Source of the DNA: Rhodothermales bacterium
GTDB lineage: Bacteria > Bacteroidota > Rhodothermia > Rhodothermales > JANQRZ01
Length of the DNA stretch: 64,000 bases
Assembly: GCA_028284265.1 (NCBI GenBank)
Contig: JANQRZ010000006.1
Span: 207,610-271,609 of the forward strand
Direction of reading: 5' to 3'
Shown here: piece by piece, positions 37,022 to 45,599 of the stretch
Layout: the number at the start of each line of letters is the position of its first letter
How positions within the stretch are numbered: the first letter of the stretch is position 1
Notes under the pieces: model-generated
Database searches by the model: none
What the model was told of the DNA's origin: nothing
What the model saw: only the letters and a program-made list of their open reading frames with translations
Program-made: the position numbers and the translations under genes

Positions 37022-37058
37022 TGTGCGCCAGCGCACAGCCTGTGTGCGCCTACGCGCA
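37022..37058 (-). promoter_or_regulatory. tandem palindromic upstream sites (copy 1)
   Basis: Site A tgtgcgccagcgcaca (37022..37037) is a perfect 7+7 palindrome. Site B is tgtgcgcctacgcgca (37043..37058). Centres are 21 bp apart. Site A is 74 bp from the -24 GG. The module ends 1 nt from the LysR stop codon. Confidence 0.6.
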
Positions 37059-37059
37059 G

Positions 37060-37962
37060 TCACACGCCATTGGTGTAGAGGATGGTCTGCCGGCGAAGCC
37101 GGTCTGCGACGGGTGGGAGATCGCCGTCACGCCAGAGCAGGCAGAGTGAGGTCATCGCCCTTACGTGATCGGGCACGTCGACCATCGGGCGGGCGATGAC
37201 GCCATCGGGTAGGTGCTGTCCGGCGGTCTCGGGAGCGATTGTGATCCCTACGCCTGCTGCCACTAGCACGAGCGTGGCGGCCAAGGGCTCGGCTTCCTCC
37301 ACGATGCGGGGTTGAAATCCTGCCGACTGGCACAGCGCCGAGACCGTTCCCATAAAACTTCCCACATGGTGCCGGGGAGCGAGCACGAACGATTCCCGCG
37401 CCAACTCAGTGAGTGGCACCGCCACCTGCGAGGCGAGGCGGTGATCGGCTGGAAGAAGTGCAATGAGGGGTTCGGCTCCCAGCGGCTCGATGGCTAGTCC
37501 ATTAGTGTCGGCAAACGGCCCGCGCCCGATTCCGATGTCGACTTCCCGCGCCCGAAGGGCACCGATGATCTCCTCTTGGAAACGCTCCACAAGATGAATT
37601 GACGTGCCGGGTGCTTCATCGCGGAAGGCCCGAAGAAGGACGGGGAGCAACCGCGCCGAGGCAGAACTCACATACCCGAGGCGGAGCGTACCGGACCGCC
37701 CGTCGGCGGCGGCTTGTGCGCTCTCGCGGGCACGGTCCACCCAGTGGAGTACCTCGCGCGCGTCGCGCAGGAAGGCGCGTCCACTGACCGTCAGGTTGGC
37801 CCCTCGCGTTGACCGGTCGAAGAGCTGTGTCCCGAGGTCGGCTTCGAGGCGTTGTATTTGCCGAGATAGGGCCGACTGCGACAGGTGGACCCGCAGCGCC
37901 GCCCGTCCGAAGTGCTGCTCCTCGGCTACGGCGACGAAACATTCGATCTGGCGAAGCTCCAT
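37060..37962 (-). CDS. LysR-family transcriptional regulator
   Basis: N-terminal wHTH MELRQIECFVAVAEEQHFGRAALRVHLSQSALSRQIQRLEADLG plus a LysR substrate-binding domain. Confidence 0.9.
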   Translation of the reverse strand: MELRQIECFVAVAEEQHFGRAALRVHLSQSALSRQIQRLEADLGTQLFDRSTRGANLTVSGRAFLRDAREVLHWVDRARESAQAAADGRSGTLRLGYVSSASARLLPVLLRAFRDEAPGTSIHLVERFQEEIIGALRAREVDIGIGRGPFADTNGLAIEPLGAEPLIALLPADHRLASQVAVPLTELARESFVLAPRHHVGSFMGTVSALCQSAGFQPRIVEEAEPLAATLVLVAAGVGITIAPETAGQHLPDGVIARPMVDVPDHVRAMTSLCLLWRDGDLPPVADRLRRQTILYTNGV

Positions 37963-38078
37963 AGCATATCATGCGTCTCGTGCATCGTGAGTCGCAAGAT
38001 ATGCATTGAAGTAAACAGTTGGGCATTGGCTCCGTAGTCCCTCGCTCATGCCGCTTGCCGACCCGACTCTCTGTTTCC

Positions 38079-39587
38079 ATGCCTGAACAACTTCATCCTG
38101 CATCGCTCCTGCTAGCCCTCCTCATGGTGCTCGCCGGATGCCGTCCTACCGCCCTTGCTCAGTCGGAATCGCCGACGCTTACGATGAAAGAAGAGATCGT
38201 GGTGTGGGGCGACAGCGTCAGCGCTGCATTCGATCGCGGCATTTTCAACGCACCCGCCAACCGCGCGCGAGGTTCAGAAGGGGCAGTTCCCGTGGAGGTG
38301 GTCCGCTTCCGGCGCACTGCGGGTGCCCCGGACAGCGTCCCGCCGATTTTCTATTTGCAGGGCGGTCCTGGTTATGGCACCATCGACGATTTTCTGGATG
38401 GCTCTGGATTCTACGTCTGGGAGGTGCAGCCCCTGCTCACCATCACCGATGTGGTCTTCGTCGGCCAGCGTGGATTTGGCCCTAGTCTGATGCCGTGTGA
38501 AGATAGCGAGGCGCTGACGCTGGCCGAGGCGTTCGGCAATGCGACTCGGGTGCAGGCGAGGCAGGAGGCGCTTAGGCGCTGTCGTCAGAGGTGGGAGGCT
38601 GAGGGGTGCGACCTCGCGGGGATCAATGTGGTCGAAGTCGCTGCCGACGTGGCCGACGTGGTGCGATTACTTGGCTACGATCAGGTTCAGCTCTATGGCA
38701 AGAGCTTCGGTTCGCATCAGGGTATGGCAATCCTCCGCTACCATCCCGACCTGGTTGCCCGCGCTACGCTCGGCGCGCTTGAAGGGCCGGACCACACCTA
38801 CGATTCGCCTGATGGAGTATTGGAGACGCTGGAACGGATCGCCACTTCAGCAGAGGCGTCCGACGCACTTCGGCCTCACATTCCCGAAGGCGGCCTCCTC
38901 GCGGCCTACCGTGACCTGATTCGCCGCGCCGATGCGGCACCCATCACGGCTCAGACCGAGCACCCGGATACCGAGGAATCGATTACGGTGCCCCTCGACG
39001 GCAATGCCCTCCGCGAACTGACGCTCGGCGTGTCGCGGGGGCTAAAATTCCGCTATCTGATGCCCGCGTGGCCGCTCGACCTATTGGAGATGCTGAACGG
39101 CGATTTCTACTGGGCGGGTCGCCGTATCACGGGCCTTCACACGTCAAACCGCCTTCGCAGCGCCGGGTGGTACGCCTTCGACTGCGCCTCTGGTATCACC
39201 GCCGAGCGAGGTGCTCGCTATCGCCAGTCCATCGCTGCCGACCTGCTCGGGCCGATCTGGCAGGAGTACGATACCGACTGTGCCGTGTGGGACGCCGACC
39301 TCGGTGATGACTTCCGCACCGGGTTCGCGACCAATGTGCCGACGCTGCTCCTGCACGGCACTTGGGACATGAATACCCCGTACACGAACGCGCTCGATCT
39401 GCTGCCCGCGTTCCACAACCACCACTTCGTCACCATCGAAGGCGGCTCGCACGGGGCGGTTCGTGAAGCTGCAGAAGTGAATCCAGTCTTCGAGGCGGGG
39501 CTATATCACTGGTTTGCAACAGGCGATGCTAGCCGGTTGCCTGAGCGTGTTGTCTTGCCGCCTGTGGAATGGGAAGCACCGGAGTAG
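38079..39587 (+). CDS. alpha/beta-hydrolase lipoprotein (prolyl/tripeptidyl aminopeptidase-like)
   Basis: Lipobox LLMVLAGC and nucleophile elbow GKSFGSH. The start is the ATG at 38079; the ORF track began at 38019. Divergent from the LysR gene. Confidence 0.75.
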   Translation: MPEQLHPASLLLALLMVLAGCRPTALAQSESPTLTMKEEIVVWGDSVSAAFDRGIFNAPANRARGSEGAVPVEVVRFRRTAGAPDSVPPIFYLQGGPGYGTIDDFLDGSGFYVWEVQPLLTITDVVFVGQRGFGPSLMPCEDSEALTLAEAFGNATRVQARQEALRRCRQRWEAEGCDLAGINVVEVAADVADVVRLLGYDQVQLYGKSFGSHQGMAILRYHPDLVARATLGALEGPDHTYDSPDGVLETLERIATSAEASDALRPHIPEGGLLAAYRDLIRRADAAPITAQTEHPDTEESITVPLDGNALRELTLGVSRGLKFRYLMPAWPLDLLEMLNGDFYWAGRRITGLHTSNRLRSAGWYAFDCASGITAERGARYRQSIAADLLGPIWQEYDTDCAVWDADLGDDFRTGFATNVPTLLLHGTWDMNTPYTNALDLLPAFHNHHFVTIEGGSHGAVREAAEVNPVFEAGLYHWFATGDASRLPERVVLPPVEWEAPE

Positions 39588-39630
39588 CACGCGGTGCTAG
39601 ATTGGCAGACCATCACCTGCCTCGACGCCC

Positions 39631-40716
39631 ATGCGCGCCCTCGCCCCGTTCTCGCTCGTCCTGTTCATAGCCCTCGCTGGATGCCAGTCCGACGCCCCGT
39701 CTGAGGACGAATCAGAGGACATGGTGCGGGCGCTCGTCGATCCGTCATGGGTCGTGCAACTCGATGCCCCCGACTCGCTCTTCGTTGCCCTTTCGGTGGT
39801 CGATGAGCAGACTGTCTGGGTGGCCGGTCAGCCTGGTCTCGTGGGTCGAACAGCAGACGGAGGTTCGACGTGGACCTTCTTCGACGGCCCGTGGCCCGAC
39901 ACGCTTGCCTTCCGCGATGTGGAAGCGTTCTCCGCCGATGAAGCGTTTGCCTTGTCCATCGGCCCCGGCCCGGCCTCGCGCATCTACCATACCGCTGACG
40001 GTGGCGCGACGTGGACGCTCCAGTTCGAGAACGACGACCCCAATGCTTTTTATGACTGCTTCTCCTTCTGGGACCGGCAGCGCGGGTTCGTCTTCAGCGA
40101 TAGCCACGAGGGTGCTTTCACCCTCCGGCGCACCGTTGACGGCGGCGCGACGTGGACGCTCGTTGATTCAGCGAACATTCCCGAGGCACGTCCCGGCGAA
40201 GGTTCCTTCGCCTCGTCCGGCACCTGCACCGCCGCGCAGCCCGGCGGCCTCGGCTGGTTCGGCACGGCCGCGTCTGGCGTTGATACCCGCGTCATCCGCA
40301 CGACGGACTACGGCGCGACGTGGACCGAGGCCGACACGCCCATCGAGAGCACCGCTCCCGACGAGGGTCTCGCCTCGCTCGCGTTCTTCGACCCGCAGCA
40401 CGGCGTCGCCTTCGGTGGCGTTGGGACCCGCCCGATGGCGAACGTCGCCGTCACCCGCGATGGCGGGGCGACATGGGAGGCACTCGGCGAGGGCGTCCTC
40501 GGCGGGCGCGTCTACGGATCGAGCATCGTGCCCGGCACGCCTACGCCGAGTCTTGTCGCGGTCTCGCCAACCGGCTCCGCCTACTCCATCGATGGCGGCG
40601 AAACGTGGGCCATGATCGACAGCGTCGAAGCGTGGAGCGTCGCGTTTCTGCGTGCCGACGTAGGGTGGGCAGGTGGGCGTGGCCACATCAGCCGCGTCGT
40701 CAACGGCTCCGAGTAG
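39631..40716 (+). CDS. BNR/Asp-box repeat beta-propeller lipoprotein (Ycf48-like)
   Basis: Lipobox FIALAGC. Six Asp-box motifs (ADGGSTWT, ADGGATWT, VDGGATWT, TDYGATWT, RDGGATWE, IDGGETWA). Confidence 0.8.
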   Translation: MRALAPFSLVLFIALAGCQSDAPSEDESEDMVRALVDPSWVVQLDAPDSLFVALSVVDEQTVWVAGQPGLVGRTADGGSTWTFFDGPWPDTLAFRDVEAFSADEAFALSIGPGPASRIYHTADGGATWTLQFENDDPNAFYDCFSFWDRQRGFVFSDSHEGAFTLRRTVDGGATWTLVDSANIPEARPGEGSFASSGTCTAAQPGGLGWFGTAASGVDTRVIRTTDYGATWTEADTPIESTAPDEGLASLAFFDPQHGVAFGGVGTRPMANVAVTRDGGATWEALGEGVLGGRVYGSSIVPGTPTPSLVAVSPTGSAYSIDGGETWAMIDSVEAWSVAFLRADVGWAGGRGHISRVVNGSE

Positions 40717-40750
40717 GTCTAGCCTTTCATTCATCTCCCGACCAGCGATC

Positions 40751-41209
40751 ATGGACCCAATCATCCGCTGCGCCGCTAGGACCGACCTCGACGCGCTTGC
40801 TACCCTGTTCGACGGCTATCGCCAGTTCTACCGTCAGTCCTCGGACCTCGCCGGGGCGCGGCGCTTCCTCGCGGAGCGGTTCGAGCACGAGGAGTCGGTG
40901 ATCTTCGTCGCGTCGCTGCCGGACATGGAGCACCTTGTCGGGTTTACGCAGCTCTACCCATTCTTCTCGTCCGTCGGGATGCAGCGCGTGTGGGTGCTCA
41001 ACGATTTGTTTGTGGCGCAGGGTGCTCGCCGTCGAGGCGTCGCACGGGCACTCATGGAGGCAGCGCACGACTTTGCCGCCTCGACGAGCGCGCTCCGCGT
41101 GGAGCTAGCGACAGAAGCGACGAACAAATCGGCGCAGACGCTCTATGAGGCCATCGGCTACGAGCGCGACTTGGACTGGCGCTATGGCTTCCATCTCGGC
41201 GAGCGCTAA
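40751..41209 (+). CDS. GNAT-family N-acetyltransferase
   Basis: 152 aa; an acetyl-CoA binding motif of the Q/RxxGxG/A type (VAQGARRRGVARALM). Start is the ATG at 40751. Confidence 0.8.
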   Translation: MDPIIRCAARTDLDALATLFDGYRQFYRQSSDLAGARRFLAERFEHEESVIFVASLPDMEHLVGFTQLYPFFSSVGMQRVWVLNDLFVAQGARRRGVARALMEAAHDFAASTSALRVELATEATNKSAQTLYEAIGYERDLDWRYGFHLGER

Positions 41210-41227
41210 GGGTGGTATCCGTTGCTC

Positions 41228-42031
41228 ATGAAGACCTGCATCGTTGATTCTTTCACCGACGTACCCTTCAAAGGCAACCCGGCGGGTGTTTGCCTCACGG
41301 CGTCGCCGCTGGGTGAGGCCATGATGCTCGCCATCGCGCAGGAGTTGGGCCTCTCCGAGACCGCCTTCGTTCAAAGCGAGGACGTGACCGGGCGCTTCTC
41401 GATCCGCTACTTCTCGCCGAAGATGGAGATTCCGCTGTGCGGTCACGCCACGCTGGCTTCGGCTAAGGTCCTCTTCGCCACACATGACCTGTCCGAAGCC
41501 CAGTTCACGACAGTTGAAGGCGTCGAACTTGCAGCCCGTGAGGTGGACGGACGAATCGAGATGGCTTTCCCCGTCTATGGCGTGCGCTCTGCCGCCGCGC
41601 CGTCTGCGCTGCTCGAAGCGCTCGGGCTTCGCGCTGTCGAGAACGTAGCCTATAACGAAGAGACCCAGATCTTGCTGCTGGAGATTGCACGCGCTGAGGA
41701 GCTAGCCGCGCTGGAGCCGGACTTCGCCGCGCTGCTTCAGTCGCACGATGCAATCAACGGTGTCCTCGTCACCGCACCGGGCACCGACGGCTACGACTTT
41801 CACTCGCGCTACTTCTGGCCGTGGAGCGGCACGAACGAGGACCCCGTAACCGGCGGCACGCACACGTTCCTCGCGCCGTACTGGTCGGCGCGGCTCGGCA
41901 AGACGACCCTGTGTTCCTTCCAGTCCTCGAAGCGGACCGGGTTCATGGAGGTCGAACTGACGGACGACAAGCTGTTGATTCGGGGTGAGGCGGTGATTGT
42001 GTTTGAGGGTGACCTCAAGCCTATGGGGTAG
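41228..42031 (+). CDS. PhzF-family isomerase
   Basis: MKTCIVDSFTDVPFKGNPAGVCL, SETAFV and RYFSP...E.PLCGHATLA are typical PhzF motifs. Confidence 0.85.
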   Translation: MKTCIVDSFTDVPFKGNPAGVCLTASPLGEAMMLAIAQELGLSETAFVQSEDVTGRFSIRYFSPKMEIPLCGHATLASAKVLFATHDLSEAQFTTVEGVELAAREVDGRIEMAFPVYGVRSAAAPSALLEALGLRAVENVAYNEETQILLLEIARAEELAALEPDFAALLQSHDAINGVLVTAPGTDGYDFHSRYFWPWSGTNEDPVTGGTHTFLAPYWSARLGKTTLCSFQSSKRTGFMEVELTDDKLLIRGEAVIVFEGDLKPMG

Positions 42032-45000
42032 CCACAGCCCGGTCCCGGTTGAGTTGAAGCACGAGGGCGTCCGGGTCAACGATGATGCGTTCTGGCTCGA
42101 ACGGCACGGTCAGCGAGATGCGCTCCGGCTGTCGAGGCGCGAGCCGGATGGTTGTGCGTGCTTCGAGGTATTCCGGGTTCAAGTCATCGCCGTCGAATCG
42201 CTCGCCCCGCGTGGCGGCAACCTCGACCGTCATCGTGCCCGTGCCGACGTTTTCGACGGTGGCCGACGCGAGCCACTGATTGCCGCGCTGCACGACCTCG
42301 ACATCGGAAAGCTGGTACTCGGGGAGGACGACATCGAAGAACCACTGATCGACGAAGTGCTGATACGCTACCGAGTCCGGTGCGAAGGGGCGAAGCGTCT
42401 CGATGAAGTCGTGCAGCGCCGGATAGTCGCCGTCAATGGGATCGACGTAGCGGTCGAAGAAGGTGCGGAGGCCTGCCTGCATAGCTGCTTCGCCGAGGTG
42501 GGTGTGCAGCATCCAGAGCGCCCACGCCCCCTTGTTGTAAACCAGCGTGCCGTCGGTCCGCCTGCTGCCGGTGACACGGTCGAGCGCTCGCTCGGCATCG
42601 ACGCGGCGCTGCTCGGTGTACGCCGACTCGATCTGTGTGGCGAAGGCGATGCGCCCGCGTAGTCCGTGGACAGCCTCGCGTAGCAGCAACGTTGAGTAGT
42701 GCGCTGCGCCTTCGATGAGCACATCCGCGCCCGGACCTTCGCCGGGACGGAGCAGGTTGCCCCACCACTGGTGTGCGACCTCGTGCGCGGTGACGATGAA
42801 GGCCGCCTCTGTCCGTCGGTCACGCTTGGTCAGGAAGCCCGAGGTCTCGGAGAAGCTGATATTCGTCGGGAAGCCGGTCGCGTTGGTTTCAAGGTTCGGG
42901 ACTTCGTTGAGGCGTAGCTCCTGCCACGGGTACGGATGGAACCACTCGGCATAGTGATAGCGGGCAGCGGCGAGAGTTTCTAGCATCTCCTCGACGTTGT
43001 AGTCATGGCCGGGGTGGTAGTAGATGGCGTTGCCGTCGTGCTCGGCCACCGCCCAGCGTCCAGCGATCACGTTGACCGTGCCGACGGGCGCATCACTCTC
43101 CCACACCACGGTCGTTCGTCTACCCTCGGTGTGCTCTGCTGTCTTCATCCCGACCGACGTGACGGTGTAGTCGCTCGGAGCAGTGATTGCGACGCGGGTA
43201 TCGAACAAGGCTCCACCACCTATGGGTGGGAGCGTCTGCTGCCAGAAATCGTCCGCGACCTCGGCAGGATCGGAGCGGTTGCCTTCGTGCCGCCCGAAGC
43301 GTTCGACAAAGCCGGGAATCGGGAGGAACTCACCGCGCAGCGTGGACAGGAGGACGCCTGCGGGAAGGATGAAGTGGCGCATCCCGCCGCCGTTGCGCGT
43401 GAAGCCGTCGGGATAGACCGCGCTATAGGCGAACCCGATCTGCACGGTGTCGCCGGACGCGAGCGGTTCGGGGAGCGGGAGGACGTGCAGCCCCGCTCGG
43501 TCCTCCTCGCTCACCTCGCTCTCGCTGAGTGTCCACGTCACCTCCTCGAACGAGTGCCCGACGGTGAAGGCTAGCCGAGACATCGCCGCGTCTTTGCGGT
43601 TGACGAGGGCGTACGTGCCGTTCACGCTCATCCGCCGCTTCGCCGGTTCGAGGTCGATGGCAAGGTCCATCGAAGTGATCTCAGGCGGGGGCACGTCGCG
43701 CCAGGTTGCCACATTCTGCTGCCAGTAGGCGCGGGCCTGTGCCTCGGTGGCCTCGCTCTGAAATCCGGTATTGACCTGATACGCGATGTAGCCGCCGAGC
43801 AGCAGCGGCACCGCAAGGGACGGGGCGAGCCGCAGCGCCATGCGGAAGAGCGGGCGTGGTCGGAGGCGATGGAGCGTTGCCGCCGCGTCCCGCTCGGTGC
43901 GAGGGAAGGCCCACACAGCGATGAACCCGAACAGGACGCCGGCCGACACCATCAGCAGGCGGTTCAGCAGGAGCGCTTCGCCGTTCAGTGGAAAGGTGCC
44001 CAGGTCGCTCCAGCGCAGCGTGCCCCACAGCGGCCAGTTGTCGACCCAGGTCATCGCTCCAGCCTGCATCCGGTAGAACGTCCACACGAGTGCGCCGAGG
44101 CCTACCGCGTAGGTGATGTAGCGGCTCCGCACCACCGCCAGCGTCGCTGTGACGAACGTGTTCCAGACGAAGAAGGTGGGCACGAGGCACAGGCCCCAGA
44201 CGAGGACGAACGGCCAGACCTCGACGCGCCCTTGCGACTGTCCGGCGAGCATCGTCAGACTCGTCGCCAAGCACACCGCGAGGATGACTGCGATGAGGAC
44301 GGCTTGGGCGAGACTCTTGGCGATCAGCAGCGCGCCCGTCTGAAACGGCGAGGCAAAGAGAATAGCCCCAAACCCCGTGGTGGTCTCCCGGTGGACCGAC
44401 TCGACCGTGTAGAACAGCAGCAGCAGGCAGACGAGGACGGTGATGATCTCAATGGTTCCGATCGCCAGAAACCCTGCTGTGTAGATCACCGGCGCGCCGA
44501 GGGCCGCGTTGCCCTCCATAGCGAACTCTAGCACGAGGAAGATGATGAACGGCAGGAAGAGGTAGAGCGCTGGGTGTCCTCGCAGCTCGCGCAGTTCGGC
44601 GCGGGCGATGTGGAGCGTGCTCGCCAGAAATCCGGGAGCGCGGCTGGTCATCCCGAGGTCGCGCAGCGGGCTGCTGTTCAGCAGCGCGACACCGGGCACG
44701 CTGGCCGGTGCGGTCACGGGATGCCTCCGCTTGAACCACCGGCTTGCCGGACTATCGCCGCCGATGGTCTGGCGGCAATGGCGAACGGACGCCACTACTG
44801 CCAAGAGTGGCACGGCGAGCGTGACGAGGCGGTTCAGCCAGAACGTCGCGTCTAGCGCGAGCGGGGCCGTGTTGTAGAATGCCACGCCTCGGTCTACGGC
44901 GAACAGCGTCTGCCGGAGCCACCGTAGGCCCGTCGGGTCGAGGATCATCAGCGCCCGGTTCAGGCTCTCGGGCAGCCACGTCGGATTCCACATCCAGAGG

Positions 45001-45599
45001 ACGAAGGTGACGGCCATGAAATAGGCGATGGGCACAGCATAGACCGCCATCGGTCGGCGCGTGCGCTCGCCCGCCGCGAAGGCCAGCCCGGCACACCACG
45101 CGAGGCCGGGGAAGGTGAACAGCCCGAGGGTTCCAGCGAAGTGCATCAGCCGAAACGGCCCACGCACGATCTCGGGGTTCGGCAAGAATTGAATTACCGC
45201 AAGGGCGATCACGAGATGTGGTAACAGCGCCGTACCGAGCATCGCCACTGCGCCGCCGAACTTGCCTGCGATGTATTCGGCAGATGTCAGCGGGGTGCTG
45301 TGGAGCAACTCCGAAATCCGCGCCTCATCGTCGCGCACGACGGCCATCCCGGACAGGATCGAGACGAAGAACGGATACAGAAAGAACCCGGCGAGGGCAA
45401 AGAACTGCGCGAGCGCATAGGGCGAGTTAGCGAAGGCTCGCACGCCGCCGACCGCCGTATCGTCCGACGGGATCATGGCTGTCGGGTTGAGGCTCATCGT
45501 GAGCACCACCATCAGCGCGATGAGTACCCAGAACAGCGGACTCGTCAGGTGGGTCCGTAGCTCTTGCTGGGCGATGGTCCAGATGCGCTGCCCGTTCAC
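42021..45599 (-). CDS. fusion protein: N-terminal multi-TM ABC-2-type permease plus C-terminal M1-family zinc aminopeptidase domain
   Basis: 1192 aa. The first ~560 aa are polytopic and hydrophobic. The C-terminal part carries HEVAHQWWGN (encoded at 42771..42785) with a downstream Glu (LIEGAAHY), i.e. a gluzincin M1 signature. Its start overlaps the stop of the ATPase gene by 4 nt. Confidence 0.8.
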   Translation of the reverse strand: MNGQRIWTIAQQELRTHLTSPLFWVLIALMVVLTMSLNPTAMIPSDDTAVGGVRAFANSPYALAQFFALAGFFLYPFFVSILSGMAVVRDDEARISELLHSTPLTSAEYIAGKFGGAVAMLGTALLPHLVIALAVIQFLPNPEIVRGPFRLMHFAGTLGLFTFPGLAWCAGLAFAAGERTRRPMAVYAVPIAYFMAVTFVLWMWNPTWLPESLNRALMILDPTGLRWLRQTLFAVDRGVAFYNTAPLALDATFWLNRLVTLAVPLLAVVASVRHCRQTIGGDSPASRWFKRRHPVTAPASVPGVALLNSSPLRDLGMTSRAPGFLASTLHIARAELRELRGHPALYLFLPFIIFLVLEFAMEGNAALGAPVIYTAGFLAIGTIEIITVLVCLLLLFYTVESVHRETTTGFGAILFASPFQTGALLIAKSLAQAVLIAVILAVCLATSLTMLAGQSQGRVEVWPFVLVWGLCLVPTFFVWNTFVTATLAVVRSRYITYAVGLGALVWTFYRMQAGAMTWVDNWPLWGTLRWSDLGTFPLNGEALLLNRLLMVSAGVLFGFIAVWAFPRTERDAAATLHRLRPRPLFRMALRLAPSLAVPLLLGGYIAYQVNTGFQSEATEAQARAYWQQNVATWRDVPPPEITSMDLAIDLEPAKRRMSVNGTYALVNRKDAAMSRLAFTVGHSFEEVTWTLSESEVSEEDRAGLHVLPLPEPLASGDTVQIGFAYSAVYPDGFTRNGGGMRHFILPAGVLLSTLRGEFLPIPGFVERFGRHEGNRSDPAEVADDFWQQTLPPIGGGALFDTRVAITAPSDYTVTSVGMKTAEHTEGRRTTVVWESDAPVGTVNVIAGRWAVAEHDGNAIYYHPGHDYNVEEMLETLAAARYHYAEWFHPYPWQELRLNEVPNLETNATGFPTNISFSETSGFLTKRDRRTEAAFIVTAHEVAHQWWGNLLRPGEGPGADVLIEGAAHYSTLLLREAVHGLRGRIAFATQIESAYTEQRRVDAERALDRVTGSRRTDGTLVYNKGAWALWMLHTHLGEAAMQAGLRTFFDRYVDPIDGDYPALHDFIETLRPFAPDSVAYQHFVDQWFFDVVLPEYQLSDVEVVQRGNQWLASATVENVGTGTMTVEVAATRGERFDGDDLNPEYLEARTTIRLAPRQPERISLTVPFEPERIIVDPDALVLQLNRDRAVATP

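Noticed and set aside
37022-37037. TGT-N10-ACA match taken as evidence for NifA or nitrogen-fixation control
   Set aside because: The NifA pattern is very degenerate, and the conserved part here is the GC-rich core TGTGCGC/GCGCACA. No nif or nitrogen-related genes are present. Only the generic inference of a bEBP-type site is kept.
36911-37063. N-terminal extensions proposed by the ORF track. This one covers 34541..37063; analogous extensions are 34539..34712, 62154..62189, 20801..20944, 47378..47713, 48016..48234, 48239..48412, 52154..52309 and 8187..8351.
   Set aside because: The extensions are Arg/Pro/Ser-rich and overlap upstream genes or the promoter/UAS modules. They precede an internal Met that starts the conserved family N-terminus (MLKNYL...), a signal peptide, or a family-typical start.
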